From Tubiluchus corallicola (lineage: Eukaryota; Animalia; Priapulida), in contig JAQGDQ010000675.1 in NCBI GenBank assembly GCA_030141605.1, positions 1 through 64,000 of the forward strand: 64,000 bases of DNA, written 5' to 3'. Position numbers and translations under genes: made by a program. This document shows positions 12,076 through 34,865 of the stretch, one piece after another. The notes under the pieces were generated by a model. It saw nothing but the letters and a program-made list of their open reading frames with translations, searched no databases and was not told the DNA's origin. Each line of letters opens with the position of its first letter. Position 1 is the first letter of the stretch.

Positions 12076-13615
12076 TATGAGTGTTCACGTGACTGAGAAG
12101 ATGACCTCGCTGAGAAAATGATTTTTCACACAAGTCACATTTGTGGGGTTTCATTCCAGTATGAGTGTTCATGTGCCTGAGAAGGTTACCTCGCAGAGAA
12201 AATGATTTGCCACATAAGTCACATTTGTGAGGTTTCATTCCAGTATGAATGTTCATGTGGCTGAGAAGGCTACCTCGCAGAGAAAATGATTTGTCACATA
12301 AGTCACATTTGTGGGGTTTCATTCCAGTATGAGTGTTCATGTGCTTGAGAAGATTACCTCGGAGAGAAAATGATTTGTCACATAAGTCACATTTGTGGGG
12401 TTTCATTCCAGTATGAGTGTTCATGTGACTAAGAAGATGACCTCGCTGAGAAAATGATTTGTCACATAAGTCACATTTGTGGGGTTTCATTCCAGTATGA
12501 GTGTTCATGTGCGTGAGAAGATTACCTCGCTGAGAAAATGATTTGTCACATAAGTCACATTTGTGGGGTTTCATTCCAGTATGAGTGTTCATGTGCTTGA
12601 GAAGATTACCTCGGAGAGAAAATGATTTGTCACATAAGTCACATTTGTGGGGTTTCATTCCAGTATGAGTGTTCATGTGCGTAAGAAGATGACCTCGCTG
12701 AGAAAATGATTTGTCACATGAATCACATTTGTGGGGTTTCATTCCAGTATGAGTGTTCATGTGCGTGAGGAGACTACCGCGCTGAGAAAATGATTTGTCA
12801 CATAAATCACATTTGTGGGGTTTCATTCCAGTATGAGTGTTCATGTGCCTGAGAAAACTACCTTGGAGAACAAATGATTTGTCACATAAGTCACATTTGT
12901 GGGGTTTCATTCCAGTATGAGTGTTCATGTGGATAAGAAGATGACCTCGCTGAGAAAATGATTTGTCACATAAATCACATTTGTGGGGTTTTATTCCAGT
13001 ATGAGTGTTCATGTGCTTGAGAAGATTACCTCGGAGAGAAAATGATTTGTCACATAAGTCACATTTGTGGGGTTTCATTCCAGTATGAGTGTTCATGTGC
13101 GTAAGAAGATTACCTCGCTGAGAAAATGATTTGTCACATAAGTCACATTTGTGGGGTTTCATTCCAGTGTGAGTGTTCATGTGCATGAGAAGACTACCTT
13201 GCTGAGAAAATGATTTGTCACATAAATCACATTTGTGAGGTTTCATACCAGTATGAGTGTTCATGTGCTTGAGAAGATTACCTCGAAGAGAAAACGATTT
13301 GTCACACAACTCACATTTGTGGGGTTTCATTCCAGTGTGAGTGTTCAGGTGCGTGAGAAGATTACCTCGCTGAGAAAATGATTTGTCACATAAATCACAT
13401 TTGTGGGGTTTCATTCCAGTATGAGTGTTCATGTGCGTGAGAAGATTACCTCGCTGAGAAAATGATTTGTCACATAAGTCACATTTGTGGGGTTTCATTC
13501 CAGTATGAGTGTTCATGTGCGTAAGAAGATTACCTCGCTGAGAAAATGATTTGTCACATAAGTCACATTTGTGGGGTTTCATTCTTGTGTAATGTTCAGG
13601 TTTCTTACGAAGCAT
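12071..13615 (-). CDS. tandem C2H2 zinc-finger protein, 18 fingers (paralog C, intact ORF, 514 aa from ATG)
   Basis: Open frame MLRKKPEHYTR + 18 x 28-aa units. The first ATG is at 13615. Candidate splice acceptors lie upstream (~13700 and ~13755), so the true start is uncertain. Confidence 0.85.
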   Translation of the reverse strand: MLRKKPEHYTRMKPHKCDLCDKSFSQRGNLLTHMNTHTGMKPHKCDLCDKSFSQRGNLLTHMNTHTGMKPHKCDLCDKSFSQRGNLLTHLNTHTGMKPHKCELCDKSFSLRGNLLKHMNTHTGMKPHKCDLCDKSFSQQGSLLMHMNTHTGMKPHKCDLCDKSFSQRGNLLTHMNTHTGMKPHKCDLCDKSFSLRGNLLKHMNTHTGIKPHKCDLCDKSFSQRGHLLIHMNTHTGMKPHKCDLCDKSFVLQGSFLRHMNTHTGMKPHKCDLCDKSFSQRGSLLTHMNTHTGMKPHKCDSCDKSFSQRGHLLTHMNTHTGMKPHKCDLCDKSFSLRGNLLKHMNTHTGMKPHKCDLCDKSFSQRGNLLTHMNTHTGMKPHKCDLCDKSFSQRGHLLSHMNTHTGMKPHKCDLCDKSFSLRGNLLKHMNTHTGMKPHKCDLCDKSFSLRGSLLSHMNIHTGMKPHKCDLCGKSFSLRGNLLRHMNTHTGMKPHKCDLCEKSFSQRGHLLSHVNTHT

Positions 13616-15830
13616 GTTCCAATAGCAAAAATATTTATTGTACTGACCACAGCTGCAAGCTTTAAGTACGTTTATCCACAACTGCCGACACTCGGTTTCC
13701 TAAGATTGTAGATCACAGTTGCGAGACTTCAATTCACGTGCAGGAGGCGACAACTATATTGAAAAGAAACCTAAAATAAAATTTACAGTTAATAGTGCAG
13801 CATCCATATTGAGCGCGTTATTATTACAGTAAACTTTGCATAAAACATGATCAAACAACTAAAATTTTCACCTAACCCAAAGAACTTCAGCAGAAAGGAT
13901 GAAATCCTTTGTTTGTTTCGCAAAAAACATCAATTAACTCAAATTTTCGCCTAACTGAAATAAAAAATTATGGTCCATTTAATAAAAAATGGGTAACTTA
14001 CTTCTCCTTACTCCAAAATGCAATTTATACTCTAGAAAAATGAAAAAGTTTTGTACAATTCAAAAACAGTATCGTCTTCCGGGAAAATTCTGATAAGGCA
14101 TACCCCACTTCCAATTATTTTCTGTGGGATAGATCTTTGCGTGTTGTTCACGAGTCCTTTTGCAACATGAAAAATGGTGTTTCCCTACATAATTTGTTAA
14201 ATTTTATATAATTGTCACCAAATCTCGTCGTTTATGTCTAGAAGGGTCAACTTTCTGTCTTCTATTTAGCTCGCCATCTGGAGGAGAGGTTTAGAGTTTC
14301 TACGCTGAAAAAAGGTCTTCATCACCAAACTCAAAATGTTTTTTTCAGTCGTTTAAATTTGAGTTATGCGGATTTTACTGTATAACTATGCAACAGGTTT
14401 CAACTTTAAGAACACAATCTAGAAACTTTGTCTACTGGCACTAAAGCAAATAGTGCTAATAAACCTCATGGAGGCAGCGACAAATTAACCATTGGGCTAA
14501 CTAGGCTATAGACTTAAGCCCTAATTTATAATAGGGCCCCAAATTCCTGAGACTGATGACCAATCAAACAGAAATTATGCAATTTAGTAAACGGGATAAC
14601 AAAATCATCTAAACAGAACATGCTAAAGATGAGTTTGTTTCAACTTGTTTATTTAGCGACTAGTGAAACCATAATTAAACTATAAATCAAGCCAAAAAGA
14701 AGAATAAGAAATATATTAATAATAGAAAAGTGCAAACTGAAACTACATTTTTACAAAAGACTAGACGTGAACTTGTCAAAATAAACAAGGTTGTACCAGA
14801 AAAAATGCAGAAAAATGTACAAGATTTTACCTAATCCTTGAGAACTAAAAAAGAACACAACAGGTAAACAATTGATCCAAGTTTACAATGAAACACCGCA
14901 GCAGTAGGCAATATAAGAATAAAACACAACTCGCACATTTTGCATCCTTATCATATATATCATTCGCCTATCACGCATCATTTCCAAAAAAGGTAACTAC
15001 AACATGGGAAATCAGAAAGATGAGAATGAGAAGCAGAGATTAAACCCACCAGGACCACTACAAACATCGAGGGACAGTCAAACAAATTTGAAACACAGAA
15101 ACGGATAGAGTGCTCTCACCGCTTCATTCATTACATCATTCCATTCTGAAGCACTAAATGTTTTTTTATCATGTGATTCACTTCAAATTTTCAGATTATT
15201 TTCATTACTTTTTTTCTTCCACTGTGTGGGACAATCTAACAAGCCCTGCTTTTTGATTGCCCGCAACACATTTACATTTGCATATAGGTTAACAGTGTGA
15301 GGCTTTTCTTGTGCAGAAATAATAAAAACTTATTTGTATTATGTTCATTGTAGGCCTTTTCACTATATACTGTAAATGTGCAATGTGAAATAAATGACTT
15401 AAGAGAGTGCGATCAGGTACCACCAATGATAGTTGGGCATTAAGAATTAAGCAGTGCTTCACAAAAAATGTATAAGACTGCCGCTACCTTGAGATCTTGA
15501 CCATTACTTGCAATATAATTATAATGCTCTAATTGAAATGCTAAATACAAGGTTGAAGCCAATCCAATCACCTCTGCATGCAGTATGGTGAGAGCCAAGC
15601 TGGCTTTTGCGATGCTCCACAATTCTAGTACAAAGACGATGACCGGCACACAGCACTTGCCATGTCGTTCACACTTGTTAGTTCACTTTCAGAGGGGAAT
15701 CTCGACATCTGAACATCACATCATCTTAGGAGCTTCCGTTATTCAACTGTTGCGCGTGGAGTAGGGCACTAACCAAAACAGGGCAATTGGTGCATATGGG
15801 CTAGCCCAAGTAGGATGCATCATACATGGA
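13590..15830. repeat. segmental duplicate of the ZnF upstream region
   Basis: 13590-14160 aligns with 2795-3370, 14800-15008 with 3730-3886, and 15004-15820 with 7874-8705. A single ATGGG (15004-15008) marks the empty retrotransposon site. Confidence 0.9.
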
Positions 15831-18800
15831 CTGTCCAAGTAGGAAACTAGACACGGATCACAAATGGAGTCGTTAGCCATACTGGCAGCATCTGTTGTCC
15901 TTGTTTATTTAATAATTGAAAACGTCAATATACATTGAATAATCTATTATACATTTGATAAAATCTTATTGTGAACTAGTAGAATGGCCAGTATTAAATT
16001 TGGTTTCAACATTAATCATCTTGAAGTGAAAAAAGCCCGCTTTTTAAGTGACTCCAAAATTTTCTTAAGGTATATCATTTTTTATTTTGTCTCACTTCAC
16101 AGACAGGTGATTAGTTTCACTCCCTCTTGGACACGTAACTCAATTTCTTCTAAGTAAACGGGCTAGTGAGCTATGTGCCCTACGTAGTTTCTCTCTTTAC
16201 AGCATTAAATTCTTAGTTTAATGTTATGATGACATTCATTGAGCTAATAATAATAATGATGACATTATTGTAAAAAATACATTTGTAAATTGTCAAGGAC
16301 TATCCATCATTATTATAAAGTTAGTTTTTTTAAAACAAATTTGGTTTTATGTTTTTGCGTCAAAATTCTCTATTCTAGACAGAAATTGCCTTGCCCTACT
16401 TGGGCTGCCGAAGTACGACACTGTTTTTCGGCAATTTAGCACATGCGCTTTAGCCGAAGTGTCTTGCTTCGGCTTGAGGCGTACGCCACGCCCTACACAA
16501 CATATCACCACTCATAATTTGATGCCATGTTCCCAAATCTTAAGCTCACCTTCAAAGCCTCATCTGCTGCCACGTGCCAAGTATTCATGTCGTTTAATCA
16601 GAAATGGTGCTGATAAGTCGCTTACTTTTGTTTTATTGTAAATTAAAGTTTAAATGTCGAATCAGTCACTTTCTGTGCTACGTCTCCATATTGTTTTACG
16701 GCTGAATGCGCCTTTGGAATCTGGTCGTGCTTTGTCATGCCACAGTTGATGAAGATTTCCCGTATTCACTATGCATCATGTGCACAAACGAGTTGTGTAA
16801 ACAGTTATTTAAAGCAAATTAATTTGTTGTAATAATATGAATATTTATATTACTTGTCTTATTATGGATAGAATTTACTGTGTCTTGTGGTGCGTTTAAA
16901 GTTGCAAATGTTTTCTCAACTATGTCTTAAGCAGCTGTTTTATGGGGCTAAATTTCACTCGTGTCAGGTGTCAGGGCTGCAGAAGGTAGTAGAACTCGCT
17001 CGTGTGTTAAGCCTACATTATTTTCACCAGCGTCAACTTTTCACCTCTTTAAACAAGTACACATGTACTGCTTCTGAACATAGCGTTGTTTCAATGCCTC
17101 ACGCTAACGAATTGTCTATAGTAATATACTAAGAGCGTGGGCTTACCACAATGATCTACAGCAGGTTTCCCCTTCCACTGTATGTTGAATAGGTTTCCCT
17201 TCTGATTGAAAAAAGACAAATGTTCAAGCCTGCGTTACCTAACACTGGCATAGCAAGTGGTTATGGCACTCGGGGCAAAAAAGAAAACTTTCGGAGCTCT
17301 ACCCTTTTAATGTTTTGATCATTCGTTTCGTGGGTGAGTCCACAAATTGGGCGTTTTTTGTGTCCCTGAGCCCGACTTTCCTTTTCTGACAAAATAGGAC
17401 AAAGATAAACAAATTTTGCTAAGAATCACTTTGAGTTTGATTTGTGGTACTGCAGCAGAGTAACTCTTTTCTCTGCATTAGTTGCACGTAACACGACAGT
17501 CGTTAAACATTCAGCTCCAGCATTAAAACATTCAAAGATTATGAAAGATACAGAACACTTCAGGTTTTCACAATAATCCAGTAAGCATTTAGAGAGACCT
17601 CTCTGTTTCTGCTAAAATTATCGATCTGCTAAGACACGCCGTACCCTACACAGGGGGTGAAGTAACAACATTAGCCTTTTTCCTAGGCTGTTTAGTAATT
17701 ACAATGATCTCTGACTAGACAATTTTGTTGTAGCTTGAAACTTTTATTAATAGTTTATTAATGATCACATTAGTAATTAATAATCAACAGTCAGTGAACT
17801 ATAGAATAGAAGAACCGTACAGCGATTACCCCCTCCCCCCCGTCTACCCCACCTTGCCCCGCCTCTGTTACCTAAGAAAATACAGTAGTCTGCTATACGC
17901 AGCGAGTTGAAAAAAGCCAAACAGTGAAAGTTGTGGGTTTTATTGTTGAAAAACCGACGGTTGTGAAGCTGCATCTTCAAAGTTTGTAGAAATTTTCCGA
18001 GCTTGTAAAAACCTGTTGGCAGAGACGGGGTCGACAGGGAGGCAATCGCCCCAGGGTGCAAGAGTGAGAGGGCGCAAAATTCTTCTAGGATTCAATGACT
18101 GTCAAAACGGTGTCACGTTGGGGTAAAATAGATTAGCTATAATTGCTTAAAATGCAATCTACTGTTGAATGGAAATTTCAAATTCTGTAATTTGTCAAGA
18201 GTCACATGATCGGCCAAATACGTTAATAGGATGCAAAGAGAGTGGCATCGCGCATCTACTGTTTTCAGCGACCAATAAGAGTCGTAACTGTGATAGTGTG
18301 CATGTGTGTGTGTGTGCCTGCGTGCGTGTGTGTGTGTGTGTGCGCATTTGTGTGTGTGCGTGCGTGTATGTGTGTGTGTGTGTGTGCATGTCTGTGATTT
18401 TATTTGTAATGATAATTCACGTAATCTGGACTTTCAGTGGTGTATGATACACAAATAATACCTAGTGTTTCGCACAGCAATGTGTGTTTATGACACCCAG
18501 GTTAATAAATGTACTATTGCCTTCAAATTAAGCATTATTTACATACTATTATTTTCTGTGTTGCGTCTACCTTTAGTAATACATATAGGTAGTAAGATAT
18601 GCTGATATAAGAAACATAGCTGACAAATTTTTTCTCTCTCTCTCTCCCTCTCTCTCTCTTTTGGTTTAATGTTCTAATCATAATAATAATTTTAAATACA
18701 TAAAGTTTAATTTAATACTTAAAGATAGCCATGTTTGTCTCAAGATAGCCATGTTTGTCTCTTTGTTCCAGTTATTGAACATTATTTCATTAGAAACTAA

Positions 18801-20365
18801 AACTTTTGTATCATAATTCACAATCAACAATCGTCTTACATGCAAAATCTGATAATTTTTAATTACCTGGTACATGCACATTAATTAATTATATTGGTAA
18901 CAATTCTGAGAGGGTGGCTGACCTCGATAACTTGTAGTTCTTTCGCCACCCTTTCACCACTAATCAATAATTACTTTTGCACTTTGTAATATTATTGTAT
19001 GTTGTATAGATTTATAAATCACTTAGTTATGTATTTTGCTATTATAAAAGTGATGATAAACTATTAAACTTACCTATTAACTTAACATTAGCAGTGATTA
19101 TGGCTATCACTAACATTCTGCGTAAGGCGAGGATCAAGCTAATCTAGCCACAAGGACGGGGCCTGAACTGAACAGGTGCCGGAAGGCGGGAATCAAATTT
19201 ATTTACAAAATTTACCCTCGCAGAAGAGATAACCAACTGAATAAGTAATGATTACATTGAATTACAGAAGTCTAGCAGCTGTGTTAATGAGATTTTATTA
19301 GCTTAAATAAAAAACATGCACAAACACAAGTGTCCATAACAATGAAGCAGCCAGTAGAGGTACAGAAATTATCTCAGAAAATATGTTTACAGCAATATTT
19401 ACCAACAGTGAATAAAATTGCTTTTAAAACACAAGAAAACCCTCCACTTACACAAAGCTTAAAAATTCGACTTGAAATTTTATACCGCTTACATACACCC
19501 TTTTTGCACGCAGGGCTTGCATCAGCAGTAACGTTGTATAAAACTTATAAATTTAAACTTGCCCGATCGTTAGGTTCAACCATTTTAATGGTAGGTTGTC
19601 TGAAACACGTTTAGACAACAGTGAGCAAAGTTTGGAAAAATAATCGTTCGTAGTGCACATGTTGTTAACTAAGTAAAATTTTAAATTACTGTATCTTGCC
19701 AATAAAATAAAAAATGTGTTTTTGGTTAGAGAGTGGCGCACCCTGGGGGGTGAGCCAGCGACATTTTACCAACTGACGCAAACATTTTAAAACGTTATTA
19801 CTAGTTGCATAAGTCTTTCCAGCAGGTAAGCAAAATGCTAAGTAATATAGATTTACATGGAAACTTTTTTGAGATATAATTTAACATTTCCTTTTCTTCC
19901 CTTGATTTACGTTTGCGTATATGACGTCACGTAATGGCGCAGTTGGAACAGTATTGCGGGAGATTTGTATTGAAAACAAACAAAAATTCCCTTTAACGTA
20001 AATACGATATATGCATAAAATTGATGTAAAGTAACACCATTTTTTAAGGTGATTTTTCTGAAAACTACTTCAGGTACCCCTTTCTTCTCCTTTAAAGTCA
20101 GTGAGAATGATTTGTTTACTGATAGCAATGTTTAGCTATAGTGAATAATATTAGTCTACATGATTTGTTTAATAACTCAACTCACAAATGTAACTGCTTC
20201 AATTAAATCAATTAACAGTTGCTAACCCAAATATCCTATCCCGGAACCTTATTTACAACATGCGAAAAAACGCAGTTTAACTCCACTCTCTGTGATGCGT
20301 GGTTCCACTTGTGGCACGACTGGTACTGTGGCAATACAAGCGAGTGAAGGGGAAACTCGGTCGAG

Positions 20366-29228
<8,863 letters not shown>

Positions 29229-32200
29229 TCTTCTACATAAAACAAATAAGAAATAATTTACTTTTGAAACCCATTAATTTCCAAAAATGTATCAAACATA
29301 AAGAATCTTTCAAAAGACCTAATATAATTAAAGTGAAAACTTCTGGCTTGTAATCAGAAACAGATCACGTATAGCTTTGCAAAACACAGTAGCTAGTAAT
29401 AGGACGCAACGATGCATCGTGATATCTTTTGTGACAATACGTGTAACATCAAGTGCACCAGTACTGCAATAATCGGTATCATTGATATTTAGCACAAGAT
29501 TGACTGTCCGCTGATAAAAACGGAATGTAATGTAGATACGTAATGTTGTAGGCACAAACCTTTTGCTCCATTACCTCTTCCCAGCCAGTGGTATATATGA
29601 ACTAGAAGCCACAATAGGTTAGACTGTACTATTACGAGCTAGACTACTTTTCTACTGTTACATTAGGCTGCAAATGGCTAATTTCTGCCGACATACCGGC
29701 ATTTCTGAACTCAGTATTGGACTAACAATGTATGTATGAATTTTAGCTTTCTAGTCTAGTGCAGTACTCTGTAAAATGTATTTTTCTAGTACGTATTTCA
29801 GTAGTTTGCAGAAATAATACTTGTAGCTAACCAGTACAATTACGTAATAATTTTGTAGACAAGAACAAATTTGTATTTTTGCAGAATAAACAACTTAGCT
29901 ATGGAAATGCAACACTGATTTGAGTGTGTGCATTACATGTAAAAATCAGTGCAGTGAGTGCAGCATTAGCAGACTTGACCATGACAGAGATTTACCTGCT
30001 GCTAACAAAGTGAAGCTGTGGAAGTTGTAATTGTACATTTTTAATTAGGTGCTGCCATCTATGAACTAATCCTGTTACATTCCACCAGCTAACTTTCCGC
30101 CAGTATAATTGTACGGTCATTCACTGGTTCTCCCCCTATTTTAAAGTAATGGTTTTGTGAAGCCTGTGCAAGTCTGCAGAGTCACCTATACCTATATATA
30201 CTGACTGGTTTTACTTTCTAGTCACTCTCTCACTCTCAGTGCAGTGCAGCAGTCGTGCTACTCATGTTTCTTTAGACACTCAACTCTCAGTGTTCAGTGC
30301 AGCAGTCATGCTACTTATGTGTCTTTAGTTTAATAAACACTTTTCTGTTTATGCAGTGCAACTATGTATTATAGATTTTTATTCTTGTTCATACTTCTGT
30401 GCTTAAACACAATCATTACAAAGTGAGTGATCTACAACTTTAAACATGACTTTCACAGAAGCAGTTGAAAGCACAATGTGTTTATAATAATGTATAGAAG
30501 GCAAATTACATTTTTGCTTATAGGTTTCTGAAATGGCTTGCACCAAATGTAAACTAGAAAACACATCAACATATTTTAAATCAAAAGTACTGAGATGTTT
30601 TGCATTTCTGGTGGCTCACAATGCAAACAATACAAAAGTATCTAAACAGAAATCAACCAGCTTGCTGAATTATTTTAACACTAAACATACATATAAAATA
30701 CATCCACAGCTTAATCTAGATTTTTTACTAAAGCCTGCAACGTTAACTCAATGTGTATCATGATACGCGTCTTATCACGTTGTTAGTATTGATGTGTCGT
30801 ATCGTGAGGTTAGTATCGTGAGATGTATCATATTGTGAGGTTAATATTGTGACTTAGGTGTATTGTTACAGCCCTAGCCACAAAATAGTGCATCACTGAT
30901 TAACAAAGAAATTTGGTTTACGTAGTTCCGAGCAAACATATATGCACACTACAAACCTTCCAATAAATATTATAGTATCGATATGATTGTAGTGAGTAGT
31001 TAGTGTTTGGATGGGTGACCTCCAAGAAAACTGTTCCTCATCATCTTCAACTGTTATACTGCCTTTGGCTATTCGAACAAGGCTTGTAGTTGGATGCCAG
31101 TATTTTAAATTTCAATTTCAAACTCTACACTACTGACTAACAGTTTTCTGTTTCACCTCAGAAGATTTATATTATCCTTTACTAGGTATAATTATTGTTA
31201 GCTAGAATGAGTCCTACCACAACTATAAGTTGCCGGTGAGTTTCGGTTCATGGTTTGCAGAGTTCCATTTACTTAGATAACATTAACAATAATCGGCGTA
31301 TCAAAATGAATTGAGCTTAAGAAGTTTTAAATGCAATAGTAGTTAAGTATGACGGCAGTCCCAACTTCCACATAGCTTTATAAAGTGAGAAGAAATAAAT
31401 GACAAGACGTATTAGAGAATGAAATATGAAATTGCATATTTCATAACGATATACTATAGCACACTTAGATTGAACTTCAGAAATTTTATGCACTACAGCG
31501 GTGTCCACTTTCTGCATTGATTTACAAAGTGAAAGTAAAGGGTAAGACGCATTAAAGAACAAAATATGAAACTGCATAACTGATAATTATCTAGTAATTA
31601 GCATTAGGTTTAGTAAAATATTTAACTATAATAGGTACACAACCTGATAGTACAGCAACTGTTGCCTACGGCGTGCCTTACTGCCTGCCACGTGTGACGC
31701 TTGCGTCTCCATCTGCCGATGAATTTTGAAAATAAAATCAAACGAGTGCAGAACTATGATTATTATGCCAAACAGAAATACTAAGTCTAAACAGAAAAAC
31801 TGCATGTGAAAGCTAAAAATTCTTCTCTCAACATTATGAACAATCCTCTCCAAGCAGTGTGAACACTAACTGTGGCCTGTGAGTTTATTCTGATATGGCA
31901 CTTCAGTTCTCTGAGTGAATATTTATTTCTCAACTGCTATTACTAGGCTCATAATTGTTAAAATTACAAGGCAGAATATCCATAATAAAAAATCACAATC
32001 CAAGCACACTAGCCCATGAAACCGTACGATCGTACAACATTATTAGCATTTGGCAGTCCAATGACTTGTCATTAAGTCACACGAAAAAGGCTGGCATGGA
32101 AAAACTTGCAAATTTGGTTACGAAAATTCACTCGAAAAACGTCACTATTAATTTTAGCTAAGCTTAGGGTTATTAATTTTTCCTGCGACTTTTCTCTATG

Positions 32201-33335
32201 ATTGCCAAAGATTCTTCAATCCTTTCCATTAATTTTCAGTCATTTAACACTGGAAGGCTCGCATTGGATAAAGAATTAAACATTAAAAACAACTTTTGCA
32301 AAAACACGAAGAAAAGTAACCAGGAGGACAAGATGTTTTAGCCATAAAGTCATAATGTTAGGTAACAAAATGTCTGCCAGTAAATGAATGGGCAGCCATC
32401 AGAAATTTTATTTATCTGCCATACTGACAAAGTGACCATAACTAGTTGTCTGTAATGAATCCATTACTGTACCAAGAAAAAACCAAGTCAGTATTTGCAA
32501 TAACAATAACCGGTTTATTTATCAATGACTAACAAAAGAAAAAAATATCGAAAATGTCAGCAAAATGCACAGAAATGTCCAGGAAAGAGTAAATAACTTA
32601 AAAATAATTGCAGAAAATAATTCCTTGCAACATCAAAACATGTACAAAGAGAGAAAAGTTTGGTAAACATAACTAGTCGTTTACAACTGCTAGTACAAAT
32701 CATTGAAAAATAAGCATAATGAATCTACCTGTAAACCCAGATTTTGCAGCTAAACTTTTTGTTACCAAAAACTTAGCTGCTAATAAGTAAAAGCTTTAAT
32801 TCAAGTTCCAGAGTGGCCTATACAAAGAAGTGTTCTTTCGCTTTGAGAGGAAAATGTTGTCAAGCCAAATTCTACGACAAACCCAAGAAAACACAAAAGC
32901 ACATTTTCTCAGTGGCGAATTACAGCATTTAGTTATCAGCAAGGCCTATAGTCAACTCATCACTAACTTTGTAAAGCCGTCCATTTAGTACAATCCTTTC
33001 TGTAATCAAATAGGGAAGAAACACACTAATACTCAAACTACTGAACTGTACGTTTACACAAATAAACTAACTGCTCTCTTTTGTTACCAGTCTGTTGTTG
33101 TTTCAACACATAATAATAGAATCATGAAGTCTTACTCCCAGTACCATTTTTTACGCTAGTAGTAAAACATACAATATTAAAATATCTGAAAACAAACAAG
33201 TAAAAGCGATTTCCCTTTCTTTCTGAATATGTAAGTGATTATTCAAGTAACCGTAGAAAATGGAAATTATTAATGGAACTGAAAGGGACAGATTGAGTTA
33301 ACAAGTAATTAAGACAATCACTGCTGCAGTAATTA

Positions 33336-33938
33336 CAGTCTAGCCTCGTTATCTCGCCACTGTCCGTCTACGGCAAATTCTTGGCGAGAGGCGAATATGG
33401 CAAGATAACGGGAATATAACGAAGTTAGTCTATATGTATATACATAATAGTTGATTAACATAGTGTTCAGGATTAAGACAAAACAGTTTTCGCTTAAGAG
33501 ACATCATGTAAAGTTGCTCACACTTTGTGGAAACTCAAACTTAAACGCAGCTTCGGTGTTATAGAGTAAGGATATCGGTGACGCTTTAGTTTCTGTGCGC
33601 ATTAACCAACCACAGCACTCCTAATCTAATCCTGGTGAGACACACACTAGATTAATTATGTCTGTCTATCGAGTACAGCAGCATTGTCTACATACCGCGG
33701 TTATATTGATCGACACGCGGTATATGTATTGGTCGATTCACCTCTGAGTTTGTCTGTTTGGCGACATAACGAATATAGTTTACATAAGCACTCATCCTAG
33801 CATGACGTGGCGAGGGCGAGAAGCGAGGGTGGCGACTTAACGAGGTAAATATCAAAGCAGGAAATCCGTCCTGGTACTTTCTATGACGAGAGACGAGTTT
33901 GGCAGCATAACGAGGGGCGAGATAACGAGGCTAGACTG
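33336..33938. mobile_element. Tigger-like MITE
   Basis: Perfect TIR CAGTCTAGCCTCGTTATCTCGCC with TA duplication. Sits at the start of a ~130-bp dispersed repeat that also occurs at ~58090-58215 and, inverted, at ~28555-28675. Confidence 0.9.
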
Positions 33939-34659
33939 TACAATAGCATGGGCTGCGAGGTATTGTCAAGCGTACACTAATGCATTGTCTGGCACACTTA
34001 ACCTTTGACCTTTTAACGATCGTCATCAATCGCTGGAACTGTGAAAAGGCTTATTGAATGCAACTTGAGTTAATAAGTGAACAAGTAATTAAGATAATTA
34101 GTTTTGCAAATTGCACTGTCGGCATCACTGGTACAAAATGGAAACAATTAAACAAAAGCGAAATTCTAGAAAAAATCTTTAGGTTTCATTGCGCAATTAA
34201 ACTCATCATTGATTGTCACTATATAGTTAAGGACTACGCATTCTACATCATACAAAACAACAAACCCGCATAACAAATTTTGCATGCAGTTTTAAACACA
34301 CTGCAAACAACTAAAATTAACAATATTTATGACTCCATCAGGCAAACTACACCAAGCAATCAAGGACCCCAGTTTGTACTTGAAACCGCTCATACAATTA
34401 TTAATGAATGCAATGCAAATATGACGATTTGGCTGCTACGAACACTGAGGAATATCCCAGTACTATAATGACCCAGCAGAACTATTGCTTGACATTGAGT
34501 GCTATTTATTGGGTAGAAGTCCAAACAGTATGAGAAATAGTTGGCTTGTCAACTTGTTACCATATGCAGCTTCAGCATCAATAGTAAAGAATCACTGTGT
34601 TAGAACTGTAGACCAGTTTCTTTAGCAATATAACTATTGCAATTGCACTTACATTTCTG

Positions 34660-34865
34660 AAAATGTAACTCATTACAGTTACAAGTTACATTGTCAAAAA
34701 AGCAACTAATTACAATTACAAGTTACAAAAAAGTAACTACACTTACAAGTTAGACTGCCAAAAAGTAACTAGTCACAGTTACAAGTTACATTGCCAAAAA
34801 AGTAACTAGTCACAGTTACAAGTTACACTGCCAAAAAAGTAACTAGTAACAGTTACAGTTCTTTT
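34660..34865. repeat. degenerate AGTTAC/GTAACT-rich repeat (probably subterminal repeats of a DNA transposon)
   Basis: Repeated CAGTTACAAGTTACA...AAAAAGTAACTA motifs. Confidence 0.55.

Noticed and set aside
12071-13615. Naming the ZnF gene PRDM9
   Set aside because: No KRAB, SSXRD or PR/SET exon was found in the window; only the evolutionary pattern is similar.
30990-31035. 5S rRNA-like motif GTTAGTGTTTGGATGGGTGACC
   Set aside because: Only ~25 nt resemble the 5S internal promoter region, and the rest of the gene is absent. At most a decayed SINE3/5S fragment.
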